A stretch of DNA of 64,000 nucleotides from NCBI GenBank assembly GCA_963699755.1, contig CAVOVB010000001.1:320001-384000 (forward strand), in the 5' to 3' direction. Under the pieces are notes generated by a model that did no database searches, was not told the DNA's origin, and worked only from the letters and a program-made list of their open reading frames with translations. The DNA is from an uncultured delta proteobacterium. GTDB lineage: Bacteria; Myxococcota_A; Polyangia; Polyangiales; Houyiibacteriaceae. Both the position numbers and the translations under genes were made by a program. The first letter of the stretch is position 1, and the number at the start of each line of letters is the position of its first letter. Below, piece after piece: positions 9,907-20,074 of this stretch.

Positions 9907-10431
9907 TCAAGTCATCCATTGAAGCGATGATGCAATGATGTCGCGGGCGCTCTGTCGGAAAACAGGTCCGTGCGCGAGGATCAGTTGCTCGGGGTTCCAA
10001 TCGAGGATGGTTTGGAGCGCTGCGCGAGCGGTCTTCCGATCGATGAAAGTGGCTCGCCACTCGCGCGGAGTGCTTCCATCGGAACCGAGCAACCCGTCGA
10101 GCTTCATGAGCCGTCGCTTCCAGCGGGAGAACGCGTTGGGATCGTGATTCTGGATCAGGTCACATACGAGTGCAGTTTTCGATGGGCGATGAAAGAACAC
10201 GGCTTCGTCCATTGCGAAGCTTCCGCCCACCATCACGAATTCGATCGCGCCTTGCCAACGTGGCCGGGGCTCTCCACGGAGCTCGGCAAAGAACGGCAGG
10301 TCAGGGCGCTTCTCCTTCAACCCAGGCGCTCCGCGGAGTTGGGCCGATGGATAATGCGCGACCCAGTCGCCGAAAAACGAGACCGTCGGCCCGTCCAGGA
10401 TCCAAAGCCCTTCTCCAAGGGTTTGCAGCAT
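9907..10431 (-). pseudogene. DUF4336-family protein with an apparent in-frame internal deletion
   Basis: LWILDGPTVSFFG is joined directly to DWVAHYPSA; the usual TRM...SP...PN..H segment is absent; EAVFFHRPSKT..CDLIQN and HG retained. Confidence 0.6.
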
Positions 10432-10706
10432 CAGCGTCCCCTTCGGAGCGCAAAAAGATGCGCGCGGTTCTCTTCCTCATCGCATCTTGGTCGGCTCATA
10501 GGCAGCCAAATACGCCAAACACAACAAAGATCCAAGGGTAGGCCGCGAACGAGGCATCGAAGCATTCGAAGCGACGAATCCTGCCATCGACGAGGCCCGT
10601 TCGGTTTTCTTGTGCCTCGGAACCATGGGAACGACGGTCGGCTCTTCTCGTGGAACGCTGCCCGCGTTGACGGACCTAGCGAAAGGCGCAATCACTACGA
10701 TCTATC

Positions 10707-13700
10707 ATGAAGGCCGCGGGTGCGATGCCGGTGTCTCGGGTCGAGCCGCTGCATGCGGTTGTTTCGGGCCGTCTGCGCGTTCGCGTTCGCGGACTCTATC
10801 GCTCCAGGCATCTCGCGTCCCGGATCGAGCAATCGTTGCGTTCGCACCCATCGATTCGGCGCGTGCGAGCGAGCGCACGCACCGGCAACGTTCTGGTGCT
10901 CTTCGACGATAGTCTGAGCTCCATCGACGTTCATCGGATGCTCGACTCCGCGCTCGACACAGCGGCGACCGAGGTGGTCTCACTGCGCAGGCGGCCTAGC
11001 CGTCTAGCCTCCGATTCCGGTTTCGCCCTCCTGTTCGCCGAGGCATGGCGGCGAGCCAGAGGTTTCCGGGACCGCGCAAACAACGACGACAACCGAGTGA
11101 TTCATGTCGCGTTCCCCCAAAACGATCTCCGTTGGTACTTGCGCACGGTCGATGAAGTCATCGAGTCATTCGAGAGCTCGAGCACGAACGGGCTTGCGGC
11201 AGAGAAATTGCCTGAGTTGCTCTCCCGCTACGGTCCCAATGCGTTGCCTCGGGCCGAGCCGCGAAGCGCGCTTTCGCTCATCGGTGCTCAGCTCAAGAGC
11301 CTCCCGGTCGCGCTGCTCGGAGTGTCCGCGGTCGTCTCGGTCCTCACGGGGGGCGTGCTCGAGGCAGGGGTCATTGGTGCCGTGGTCGTGACCAACGCCC
11401 TCATCGGATTCGCGACCGAATCTCAGATCGAGAGAAGCATTCGATCGCTATCGACGGTCACGGCGACGAAGGCTCGCGTGATTCGGGATGGGCAGGCGCT
11501 CGAAGTTGCCGCTGAAGAGATCGTTCCCGGCGACATGCTCGTGCTCGGCCGAGGTACTCGGATCGTGGCGGATGCTCGAATCGTGGAGACCTCGAGACTG
11601 GACGTGGACGAATCTGCGTTGACGGGAGAGAGCATCCCCGTGACGAAACAGTCGGCACCGCTGGAAAAAGAAACGGTGCCACTCGCCGACAGAACGAACA
11701 TCGTCTACAGAGGAACCTCAGTCACGGGCGGCAGCGGTCTCGCGGTCGTCGTTGCAACTGGTTCCGGTACGGAGCTCGGCCGCATTCAAGAGTTGGTCAG
11801 CCACGCAGGGCCACCGGAAACTCCGTCGCAACGCGAGCTCAGAGTGCTCGGCAATCAACTCGTTTGGGCGGGCGCCTCGGTCTGCGGCGCGATGTTCGGA
11901 ATCGGCATGCTTCGCGGCTACGGGTGGATGCAAATGGCACGCTCGTCGATCTCTTTGGCGGTCGCGGCTCTGCCCGAAGGTCTTCCAACGGTGGCGATGA
12001 CGGTTCTGTCTCTCGGAGTGCGCGATCTCCGCAAGCGCGACGCTCTGGTCCGTCATCTAGACGCCGTCGAGACGCTAGGGGCGCCCCAGATCATCTGCTT
12101 GGACAAGACCGGAACGATTACGCAGAACCGGATGTCCGTCGTATCGGCGCTCGCCGATGGCTGCCGGCAAGACTTCAGTGCCGATGACCTCGGCCGCGCC
12201 GAGGCTGCGCCGGCGTCGCTCGACAGCCCCGCTTTTCGCCGCATGCTCGAAGTCGCCGCGCTTTGCAACGAGGTCGCGCTCGAGAAGTCGGACAGAGGCT
12301 GGCGCCTCCATGGCTCGCCGACCGAGCGCGCGCTTATGGAGCTGACGCTCGCTCACGGCATCGACGTCGAGGTGCTGCGGGCGACGTATCCGATGGTGGA
12401 TCTGCAACTGCGTGCGGACGACCGAAACTACATGGTCTCGACCCACTCGCTCGGCGAAGGCAAGTCATTCTTCGCTGTGAAGGGCAGCCCGGATCAGGTC
12501 CTGTCACTCTGCGACCGGATCTATGATCAGGCTGTGGTGCGACCCCTCGACGAATCGGATCATGCCAAGGTCGAAGCCGAGAACGGCCAGATGGCGGGGC
12601 GGGCCTTGCGCGTTCTAGGGGTAGCGTACGGGGAGCACCCTGATTCCCTCGGAAACCCAGATCGCTACGTCTGGCTCGGCCTCCTAGGCATGACCGATCC
12701 GCCGCGCATAGGGGTGAAAGCGCTCATCGAAGAGTTTCACCACGCAGGGATCGACACTGTCATGATCACTGGAGATCAGAGCGCCACCGCCTATGCGATC
12801 GCAAAGGAGCTCAATCTCGGTCGCGACGGATTGCTCGAGATCCTCGACTCCACCCACATGGAGGAGGTCCCCCCAGAGGTGCTCAGCTCCTTGGCTCAAC
12901 GCGTCCAGGTGTTCTCGCGGGTGAGCCCAGCACACAAGTTGGAGATCGTCCAAGCGCTTCAACGGGCGGGGAAAGTCGTCGCAATGACTGGGGACGGCAT
13001 CAACGACGGCCCGGCGCTGCGAGCGGCGGATGTAGGCATTGCAATGGGCGCCACCGGGTCGGAAGTTGCGCGTGAGGTTGCCGACGTCGTGCTCGAGAGG
13101 GACGACCTAGAATCCCTGATCGAGGCGATCAGGCAGGGTCGAACGATCCACGACAACATCCGCAAGTCTGTGCACTTCTTGCTCTCGAGCAACACGAGCG
13201 AAATCCTCACGATGATGGGCTCGATCAGCGCCGGCCTTGGCGAGCCACTGACGCCGATCCAACTCCTCTGGCTCAACCTGATCACCGACATCTTCCCCGG
13301 CCTTGGGCTCGCCGTCGAACCGTCCGAACCCGATGTCATGGAGCGCCCTCCCCGGGGCTCTGACGACCCGCTCTTGCGTAGTGCCGACTTCGTCCGCATC
13401 CTCACCGAGGGCGCGCTGCTCGCGGGCGGCACTCTCGGCGGCTACGCTTGGGCGCTTCGCCGGTACGGCGCCGGACCGAAGCCAGCTTCCATCGCCTTCA
13501 TGACCCTCACGATCGCCCAGCTCCTACACGCCCTATCGTGTCGGTCCGAACACCGAAGCATTTTCGACCGGGAGCTGGGCCCGATGAACCTTCCACTCAA
13601 ATTGGGGGTCGGTGGCTCGCTCGCGCTCCAGCTGCTCGCTGGGGCGGTCCCCGGCTTGGGCCCGATCCTCGGACTCGGTCGCCTGCGCGCCCCTGACTGG

Positions 13701-13841
13701 CTGGCAATCGCCCTCGGAGCGGGCTTACCTCTGCTGACCAATGAGGCGCTCAAGAAGGGCGGATTGTGGAAACGCGAGTTTCACCCGGCATCGTTCGGAA
13801 CCGGAACCGTTGGCTCATCGCAGAGGAGCGTGCATCCATGA
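10707..13841 (+). CDS. P-type ATPase, Ca2+-transporting (P2A-like), with an N-terminal HMA2-like domain
   Basis: LTGES, VAALPEGLP, DKTGT, TGDGINDGPAL; M5 SSNTSE and M6 NLITD match Ca-ATPase ligands; N-terminal HAVVSGRLRVRV...TGNVLVLFD. Confidence 0.93.
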   Translation: MKAAGAMPVSRVEPLHAVVSGRLRVRVRGLYRSRHLASRIEQSLRSHPSIRRVRASARTGNVLVLFDDSLSSIDVHRMLDSALDTAATEVVSLRRRPSRLASDSGFALLFAEAWRRARGFRDRANNDDNRVIHVAFPQNDLRWYLRTVDEVIESFESSSTNGLAAEKLPELLSRYGPNALPRAEPRSALSLIGAQLKSLPVALLGVSAVVSVLTGGVLEAGVIGAVVVTNALIGFATESQIERSIRSLSTVTATKARVIRDGQALEVAAEEIVPGDMLVLGRGTRIVADARIVETSRLDVDESALTGESIPVTKQSAPLEKETVPLADRTNIVYRGTSVTGGSGLAVVVATGSGTELGRIQELVSHAGPPETPSQRELRVLGNQLVWAGASVCGAMFGIGMLRGYGWMQMARSSISLAVAALPEGLPTVAMTVLSLGVRDLRKRDALVRHLDAVETLGAPQIICLDKTGTITQNRMSVVSALADGCRQDFSADDLGRAEAAPASLDSPAFRRMLEVAALCNEVALEKSDRGWRLHGSPTERALMELTLAHGIDVEVLRATYPMVDLQLRADDRNYMVSTHSLGEGKSFFAVKGSPDQVLSLCDRIYDQAVVRPLDESDHAKVEAENGQMAGRALRVLGVAYGEHPDSLGNPDRYVWLGLLGMTDPPRIGVKALIEEFHHAGIDTVMITGDQSATAYAIAKELNLGRDGLLEILDSTHMEEVPPEVLSSLAQRVQVFSRVSPAHKLEIVQALQRAGKVVAMTGDGINDGPALRAADVGIAMGATGSEVAREVADVVLERDDLESLIEAIRQGRTIHDNIRKSVHFLLSSNTSEILTMMGSISAGLGEPLTPIQLLWLNLITDIFPGLGLAVEPSEPDVMERPPRGSDDPLLRSADFVRILTEGALLAGGTLGGYAWALRRYGAGPKPASIAFMTLTIAQLLHALSCRSEHRSIFDRELGPMNLPLKLGVGGSLALQLLAGAVPGLGPILGLGRLRAPDWLAIALGAGLPLLTNEALKKGGLWKREFHPASFGTGTVGSSQRSVHP

Positions 13842-15022
13842 CTCGAGACTTCCTGTTTACTTCCGAATCAGTGACCGAAGGTCACCCCGACAAGCTCTGT
13901 GATCAGATCAGCGATGCGATCGTGGACCGCTACCTTCAGCAAGATCCCTTCTCCACTCTGGTCGCCGAAACCGCGCTATCGAAAGGGATCGTGTTCATCG
14001 CATCGCACTTCTGCTCGAAAGGCACGGTCGACATCCCGGGGCTGGCGCGCGAGGTGATTCGGGACATCGGCTACGACGACGAAAGCTTCAACGCACGAAG
14101 CTGTAGCGTCATGACCAGCCTCAACGAGATGCCATCGCGCGCGGAGCCAACACCAGATGAGCGTGAGCTCGACGACGAAGCCATCGAGCGCATTGCCGTG
14201 ACCGAGCACGCAACGGTATTCGGATTCGCGTGCAAGCAGACCCCGGAGCTCATGCCGCTGCCGATCGTGGTCGCGCACGACTTGGCGAAGCGGCTTGCCG
14301 AAGCGAGACGCAAGGGTTCGACTTCGTACCTCAACCCGGATGGAAAGACCCAGGTCGGAATCGAGTACCTCGACAACCGACCACATCGAATTCACTCGAT
14401 CACGCTGGTGGCGAGTCAGAAGAAGGATGCCCCGAGCCTTTCCCGGTTGCGTGACGACCTGATGGAGCAAGTGATTAGGCCCGCATTCACGGGAAAAGAG
14501 CTTCGTCCGGATGCGGATACCACCATTTCCATCAACCCAGAGGGCGCGGTCATCTTGGGCGGTCCGACGCTTCACTCGGGCTCGACTGGTAGAAAAGTGG
14601 GGGTCGACACCTGGGGCGAGTATGCACGAAATAGCGGCTCGGCGATGTCTGGCAAAGATCCAACTCGAATCGACCGCATTGGAGTGTATGCGGCGCGACA
14701 CGCTGCGAAGAATGTCGTCGCGGCCGGTCTCGCAGATGAATGCGAGGTCCAGCTGAGCTACTCCATCGGATTGTCGCGCCCGGTCACTGTCCGGGCACGA
14801 ACGTTTGGCACTGGACGGATTTCGAATGCCGAGATCAGCAAGCGGATCGATGCCAATTTCGATCTTCGCCCAGGAGGGATTATTCGTGATTTCGAGCTGC
14901 GCTGGCTTCCGATTCAGCGCAAGCAGGACTTCTATCGGCGCTTGGCTAGTTACGGACAGGTGGGACGGCCGGAGCTCGACCTGCCCTGGGAGCGGACCAA
15001 CGCGGTGGCGCGGCTTTCCTAG
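13838..15022 (+). CDS. metK: Methionine adenosyltransferase-like protein (divergent MetK paralogue)
   Basis: FTSESVTEGHPDKLCDQISD, PDGKTQV, SGKDP.RIDR, CEVQLSY.IG; ATGA overlap with the ATPase stop; GAGDQG signature absent. Confidence 0.85.
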   Translation: MTRDFLFTSESVTEGHPDKLCDQISDAIVDRYLQQDPFSTLVAETALSKGIVFIASHFCSKGTVDIPGLAREVIRDIGYDDESFNARSCSVMTSLNEMPSRAEPTPDERELDDEAIERIAVTEHATVFGFACKQTPELMPLPIVVAHDLAKRLAEARRKGSTSYLNPDGKTQVGIEYLDNRPHRIHSITLVASQKKDAPSLSRLRDDLMEQVIRPAFTGKELRPDADTTISINPEGAVILGGPTLHSGSTGRKVGVDTWGEYARNSGSAMSGKDPTRIDRIGVYAARHAAKNVVAAGLADECEVQLSYSIGLSRPVTVRARTFGTGRISNAEISKRIDANFDLRPGGIIRDFELRWLPIQRKQDFYRRLASYGQVGRPELDLPWERTNAVARLS

Positions 15023-15549
15023 GACTTGCCATCGCCGTCTTGTTCGTCGCCGTCTCGGTGCTGCCGGAGCAGACGCATCGCCTCTCCGAGCAAGGTGGGC
15101 CCCGACGGAAGGATCGAGCCTCGAAGGGCCTGGAGGACCGCCAACATGAACAAACCGGTGGCGGCCCGCTGAGGATTCTGGTCCATCCGGGCCCAGAGAA
15201 CTTCGGCGTCGAATCTGTCTAGCCGGTCGAGCCAATGGACGATGGTCTGCCTGGTGTCTTTCGGGGTTTCGCATCGAAACAGGCCAGCGGCTTCGGCGTG
15301 CTTCAAGAGCTCGGAGCAATCGCCGCGATGGAGGACCAGGATGCTGCCGGTGTTCGGATTCGTGGCAACCTCGAGCACCGAAACATGCTGCTCCAAAACC
15401 TGCTTCACCCCTTCGAAATAGGCCTCATCGCCGCGGCGCTCAGAACAGCGGACCCGAAAGCGACCAGTGCTTTGATGGCACAGGGCGGCCGTCGCCCTTG
15501 GTGGCGCCTCAGCTCGCTTGGCTTCGGTCTCTGGCGTCTTGCGTGGCAT
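15019..15549 (-). CDS. HMA2-domain membrane protein (FezC-like)
   Basis: HQSTGRFRVR...VLEVATNPNTGSILVLH followed by a hydrophobic C-terminal segment GLFMLAVLQALRGSILPSGPTLL. Confidence 0.7.
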   Translation of the reverse strand: MPRKTPETEAKRAEAPPRATAALCHQSTGRFRVRCSERRGDEAYFEGVKQVLEQHVSVLEVATNPNTGSILVLHRGDCSELLKHAEAAGLFRCETPKDTRQTIVHWLDRLDRFDAEVLWARMDQNPQRAATGLFMLAVLQALRGSILPSGPTLLGEAMRLLRQHRDGDEQDGDGKS

Positions 15550-15796
15550 CGCTCATCCCGGCTTCTTCAGCCATCTCGGCACTCACTTCCGCCATCAAGT
15601 CCTCCATGTCCTCGCGGAGCTCGGCGAGCTTTTCGACGCCGCCTTCGACGGCCCGCATCGTTCGCTTCAGGCTGGCTTTGACGAGGTCTCGCCGACGGCT
15701 GTCCGTCTGAGGGAGGAACATGGGAAGCAGTGAAGCCGCGGCAGCGCCAAGTGCAAATCCGATCGCCACGTCCCGAATCGAGATTGATTTTGCCAT
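15509..15796 (-). CDS. Small GxxxG membrane protein with an acidic helical tail (DUF5132/FezA-like)
   Basis: IGFALGAAAASLLP; LVKASLK; AELREDMEDLMAEVSAE; AGGAGG SD upstream. Confidence 0.7.
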   Translation of the reverse strand: MAKSISIRDVAIGFALGAAAASLLPMFLPQTDSRRRDLVKASLKRTMRAVEGGVEKLAELREDMEDLMAEVSAEMAEEAGMSDATQDARDRSQAS

Positions 15797-15985
15797 CGAT
15801 TCCTCCTTGTAGCGGACAGTTTCAGCATGCGCCGAACTGCCTCTGTTGTCGACGCGAAATTCACTTTCCGTATCTGCAATACCGGCGGTCGGGATCGCTC
15901 GATGCGCGAAGCGCTCGAGCTCTGCCCGGAGGCGTTCCTGCGTGGTGGGCGGGTAACCAACGGGCCTTGCGGCGAAACGAACGAT

Positions 15986-18900
15986 TCAGTCCGAGCGGTC
16001 CAAGCTCGCTTCGCTTGCTGTCTGGTACCCAGGATCTCCTGGACTCTGGCGGGAAACGGCAGAGCGGGGATTTGCGGCACGATGTAGCAGGTACGGTGTG
16101 ATGGCCGCCGCCAGGAGAGACGCACCGGAAGGCGCGAGGACCTCATGGTGGCGCCCGGCAAGCCACTCGATACGGACCCCGTCTCGAACCAAGCGACCCC
16201 AGCCCAAGTCGGGTTCGTGTGGGCCTTCAAACGGATCGAGCTCCGTCCGGAAAAGCACGAGCTTCGCGGGGATCGTCTTCGGGCGATACTGCATGATCAA
16301 ATCGAGCTGGGCCTGCATGGAACTGAGATCGTCTTTCGAAAAATCCACCTGGGCGTGTCGAAAAAGCCCGCCGATGTCGTGGCGGTAGTGTCGTCCGAAC
16401 CAGCGAGCCGGAGCGCGGAGCGCGGCCTCGAGAACGCGCCCGGCCGACGCTTCGATCGAGCCTCTGTTTTCGCCAATCTCCCTCAGTCGCGCGGCCGTCG
16501 TCCGAGCCAAACGCCAAAGCCGCTTCGGACTCGTAAAGGGCGATGGAACGGGAATCGATGCAGGGGGCGTACCGTCCAATACCGCGAAGAAATCAACTTC
16601 GTGGCCGATCTCGAGGAGCTGCTCGGCGATGGCGAGAGCAACGATACCACCGGTCGAATACCCGGCAAGAGCATGAGGGCCTTCGGGCTGCGCCTTGAGA
16701 ATCAACTTGGCGTAGGTTTGCGCCATCGTATTAAGGCTGTCGCCCGCAACTTCGACATCGGTCAGACCCGGGGTCCGAAACCCATAGACTGGAATCATCG
16801 AGTCGAGGGCTTCGGCGAGATGGACGTAGTCCAGCGCAAGGCCGGTCACTCCAGGGGCGAGGAAAAGCGGCCGGACTGCTGGGTCTCCGGGCGCGAGCTG
16901 GACGATCGGCTCCTGACGCTCGACTTCGATGCCTTGACGGACCAACCGCGCAAGACCTTCCAAGGTGGGGTCGCGGAAGAACGCCTGCGCGTCGCATGAA
17001 CGGTTCAAGCGGCTCTCCACTTCGTTGAACAGCTGGACCACCAGTAGCGAATGTCCCCCAGCCTGGAAAAAGTTGATCGATGCGTCTGAGATCGGCTTCC
17101 CTAGCAGTCCAGTCCAGATCTCGGCGAGCTCCGTTTGGATCGGCTCATTCGGTGGGGCTGAGAGCTGGTCACCGAGCTGCGCGTCCTCGCTGAGGCGCGC
17201 GGCGGATAGGGCTTCGCGGTCAATCTTGCCAGCAGGAGTCTGCGGCAGCTCGTCAAGCGTCAGGATCCTCTTGGGGACCATGTGGCTTGGCAGCGCCCTC
17301 GAAAGACATTCGCGAATTCGGGGCAGGTCGACGAGATTGCGATCGCCGACGACGAAGCCGATGAGTGCTGCGTCTCCACCTCGATCTCTTCGTACCACGA
17401 CTGCGGCTTCGCTTACACCCGGGCATGACAACAGGTGTGCTTCCACTTCGCCGAGCTCTATACGAAAACCTCGCACCTTGACCTGCTGATCGACACGATC
17501 GACGTAAACATAGTTCCCGGCACTGGTCTGTCTCACGAGATCTCCGGTCGCGTACAAACGAGCGCCCTCGCGCCATGGGTGAGGGACGAAACGCTCGGCG
17601 GTCTTCTCCTTCTGCCCGAGATAACCGAGCGCGAGGGTGCAGCCCCCGATGTAGAGTTGTCCCACGACCCCTTGCGGAACCGGACGCATGTGATGGTCCA
17701 AGACGAAGTGGGAGACACCGCGGTGTGGACGTCCGATCGGCATCGCTGGATCCGGATCGCTTTGTCGATCATCATAGAAGGTGGACGTGATGGTGGTCTC
17801 AGTTGGACCATACGCGTTGATCCAGCGAATCCAATCGGTCCGAGCTTCACGAAAACGTTCATGGGCCTCGACAGAGGCCTGCTCTCCACCGACCACCAGC
17901 AAGCGAACGCACCGCGGCCAAGTCGCCTGCGCGCGGCTGTCCGTCAGCTTGTGCCAAAACGCGGTGGGCAGATTCAGGACCGTGAGCCGGTGTTGCTCCG
18001 CCGCGGCGAAGAAGCTCCGGCTCGTCTGCGCAAGCTCCCGATTTCGTAATACCAGCGTTGCGCCAGCGCAAAGCGTCGGAAAGATCTCTTCCAAGGAGAC
18101 ATCGAAGCTCAGCGCAGCAAACTGCAGAACGCGGTCCTTCGGAGTGAGTCGAAACACATCGACCGTCGTCATCGCATGATGGCTCAGAGCGCCATGGGTC
18201 AAACAGACCCCTTTTGGTATTCCCGTCGAACCTGATGTGTAGACGACGTAGGCGAGCGAGTCCGGGGCAACGGCCGGCGGGGCCGAGCTCGGGGGAGGCA
18301 CCTCCGGACTGAGCTGCTCGAGATCGACCACCGTCGCGCTGGTCCTCGGCATGCTCGAGCTCGCTCCGTTGACGAGAATGAACCTCGCTTTCGAATCATC
18401 GAGCATGAATGCGATCCGCTCGGGCGGATAGTCAGGATCGGCCAGCATGAAGGCCGCGTGCAGGTAGTGAGCTGCCAGCATGGCGACGACGGCCTCGATC
18501 GAGCGCGGGAGCAGCAAGGCCAGAAGGTCACCCTCCCTCACACCGCGCGCCTGGAGCGCGTGGGCCGTCGAGCGTATTCGCGATGCGAGCTCCGCATACG
18601 TCATCGAGCGACCATCCATCGCTTCGATCGCCGTGTGCGCTCCTCGAGCGTGCGCCTGATCGAGAATCCGCTGAAGCGCACTGATCTCCGGTGGTTCTTG
18701 CTCACGCTCGGCTTCTGCGGCGGTCAGTCTTTCATAGACCCCGCGGTCCAGCACTCGGAGGTCATGAAGCTGTGCGTCGGGATTGCATGCTACTTCAGAC
18801 AGCAAGCTCACGTAGTGCCGCAGGATTTGCTCGGCCTCGGCGGCAGAATACAGACCTGAATCGCGCTCGAGTTGCACGATGAGTGCCCCGGCCTCCATGA

Positions 18901-20074
18901 ACGTATAGAGGCAGAGCGGGTAGTTGGTGTGCGACCGTGACCAAACCTTGCGCGTCTTCCAGCGCTCGCTCAAGTCGCTGAGCCTGCCAGACAGACGCCC
19001 CGGTTCGAAGACGGTAAGGGTGCGGAACAATTCCTTCTTGCTGGATGCGCCAGTGGCAGCCTTGATCTGGTGAAGCGGGGTTTGCTGAAACGGGCGTCCC
19101 TCCAGGTGCTGTTGCCGGAGCGATCTCAGGGCTTCTTTGATCGATGGATCCCCGCTGAGATCCAATCGGATGGGAACGGTCGCGATGAAGAGTCCGACGG
19201 TTTGCTTCGCGCCTTCGATCGTCCCCGTTCGTCCCGACCAGGTGGTACCAAAGACGACGTCGTCTCGGCCCGCGTAGCGGGAAAGCAAGACGCCCCAAAC
19301 GAGCTGAGTCACCGTATTCAGACTGGCGCCGCATTCGTCTGCAAGTTTTTTCAAGCCCCGGCTCGTGGGGACATCGAGGCGTCGACGGTGTTCGACAACG
19401 TGCGAATCTCGAGATGCAATACGACTGTCGTTGCGAAGAGGGAGCTCGGTCGGCTCGGAGAATCCCTCCAAAAGGCGACGGAAGTGCTCCACGCCGGCCT
19501 GGGTATCCCGTTCGGCCGCCCATCGGATGAAATCAAAGTACGACGGCGCCGGACCGACAGGCTGAAGGTCGCCCTGATACGTCGAAAGCACGTACTCTAG
19601 CACCGAGGCGTAGGATCCACCGTCGATGAGGCAGTGGCGGACGGTCCATACGAAGCACCAGCGCGTATCGGACAACCTGAACACCGAAACTCGCATCAGC
19701 GGAGCGCGAAATAGATCGATACCTTCGCTCCGATCGCGATCAAAGAAGCTCGCAAGCATTTCGCGCTGCTCGGCTTCGGAGTGCTTTGTCCAGTCTTCGA
19801 GTCTGAATGGCAGGTCGACGCGCGGGCAAACCCTAACCAGCGGCTCATCGGGCTTGGGCCACTCGAACTCCAGGCGCAGCGCATCGAAGCGGTCGAGGGC
19901 GCTCTGCCATGCCGCTCGAAATCGCTCCGGATCGAGAGGATCCTCCAACTCGCAGACGACCTGCTCGATGTTGACCATACGCCCGCGAGCCAGGAGGCTT
20001 TCCGCCAGCATCCCCCTCTGCATCGGGGTGACCCTCAGGGCGACGGGCCGGTCGTGCTTCAATGCTCGCCCCAT
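15986..20074 (-). CDS. Single-module non-ribosomal peptide synthetase (C-A-PCP-TE)
   Basis: C: TPMQRGML, RHCLIDG; A: YTSGSTGIPKG, NAYGPTE, LYATGD, QVKVRGFRIELGEVE, AGKIDR; PCP: FFQAGGHSL; TE: GYSTGG and GRHH. Confidence 0.95.
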   Translation of the reverse strand: MGRALKHDRPVALRVTPMQRGMLAESLLARGRMVNIEQVVCELEDPLDPERFRAAWQSALDRFDALRLEFEWPKPDEPLVRVCPRVDLPFRLEDWTKHSEAEQREMLASFFDRDRSEGIDLFRAPLMRVSVFRLSDTRWCFVWTVRHCLIDGGSYASVLEYVLSTYQGDLQPVGPAPSYFDFIRWAAERDTQAGVEHFRRLLEGFSEPTELPLRNDSRIASRDSHVVEHRRRLDVPTSRGLKKLADECGASLNTVTQLVWGVLLSRYAGRDDVVFGTTWSGRTGTIEGAKQTVGLFIATVPIRLDLSGDPSIKEALRSLRQQHLEGRPFQQTPLHQIKAATGASSKKELFRTLTVFEPGRLSGRLSDLSERWKTRKVWSRSHTNYPLCLYTFMEAGALIVQLERDSGLYSAAEAEQILRHYVSLLSEVACNPDAQLHDLRVLDRGVYERLTAAEAEREQEPPEISALQRILDQAHARGAHTAIEAMDGRSMTYAELASRIRSTAHALQARGVREGDLLALLLPRSIEAVVAMLAAHYLHAAFMLADPDYPPERIAFMLDDSKARFILVNGASSSMPRTSATVVDLEQLSPEVPPPSSAPPAVAPDSLAYVVYTSGSTGIPKGVCLTHGALSHHAMTTVDVFRLTPKDRVLQFAALSFDVSLEEIFPTLCAGATLVLRNRELAQTSRSFFAAAEQHRLTVLNLPTAFWHKLTDSRAQATWPRCVRLLVVGGEQASVEAHERFREARTDWIRWINAYGPTETTITSTFYDDRQSDPDPAMPIGRPHRGVSHFVLDHHMRPVPQGVVGQLYIGGCTLALGYLGQKEKTAERFVPHPWREGARLYATGDLVRQTSAGNYVYVDRVDQQVKVRGFRIELGEVEAHLLSCPGVSEAAVVVRRDRGGDAALIGFVVGDRNLVDLPRIRECLSRALPSHMVPKRILTLDELPQTPAGKIDREALSAARLSEDAQLGDQLSAPPNEPIQTELAEIWTGLLGKPISDASINFFQAGGHSLLVVQLFNEVESRLNRSCDAQAFFRDPTLEGLARLVRQGIEVERQEPIVQLAPGDPAVRPLFLAPGVTGLALDYVHLAEALDSMIPVYGFRTPGLTDVEVAGDSLNTMAQTYAKLILKAQPEGPHALAGYSTGGIVALAIAEQLLEIGHEVDFFAVLDGTPPASIPVPSPFTSPKRLWRLARTTAARLREIGENRGSIEASAGRVLEAALRAPARWFGRHYRHDIGGLFRHAQVDFSKDDLSSMQAQLDLIMQYRPKTIPAKLVLFRTELDPFEGPHEPDLGWGRLVRDGVRIEWLAGRHHEVLAPSGASLLAAAITPYLLHRAANPRSAVSRQSPGDPGYQTASEASLDRSD

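Noticed and set aside
10707..13841. Heavy-metal P1B ATPase or true FezB
   Set aside because: It has PEGL and Ca-type M5/M6 residues rather than CPC-type motifs
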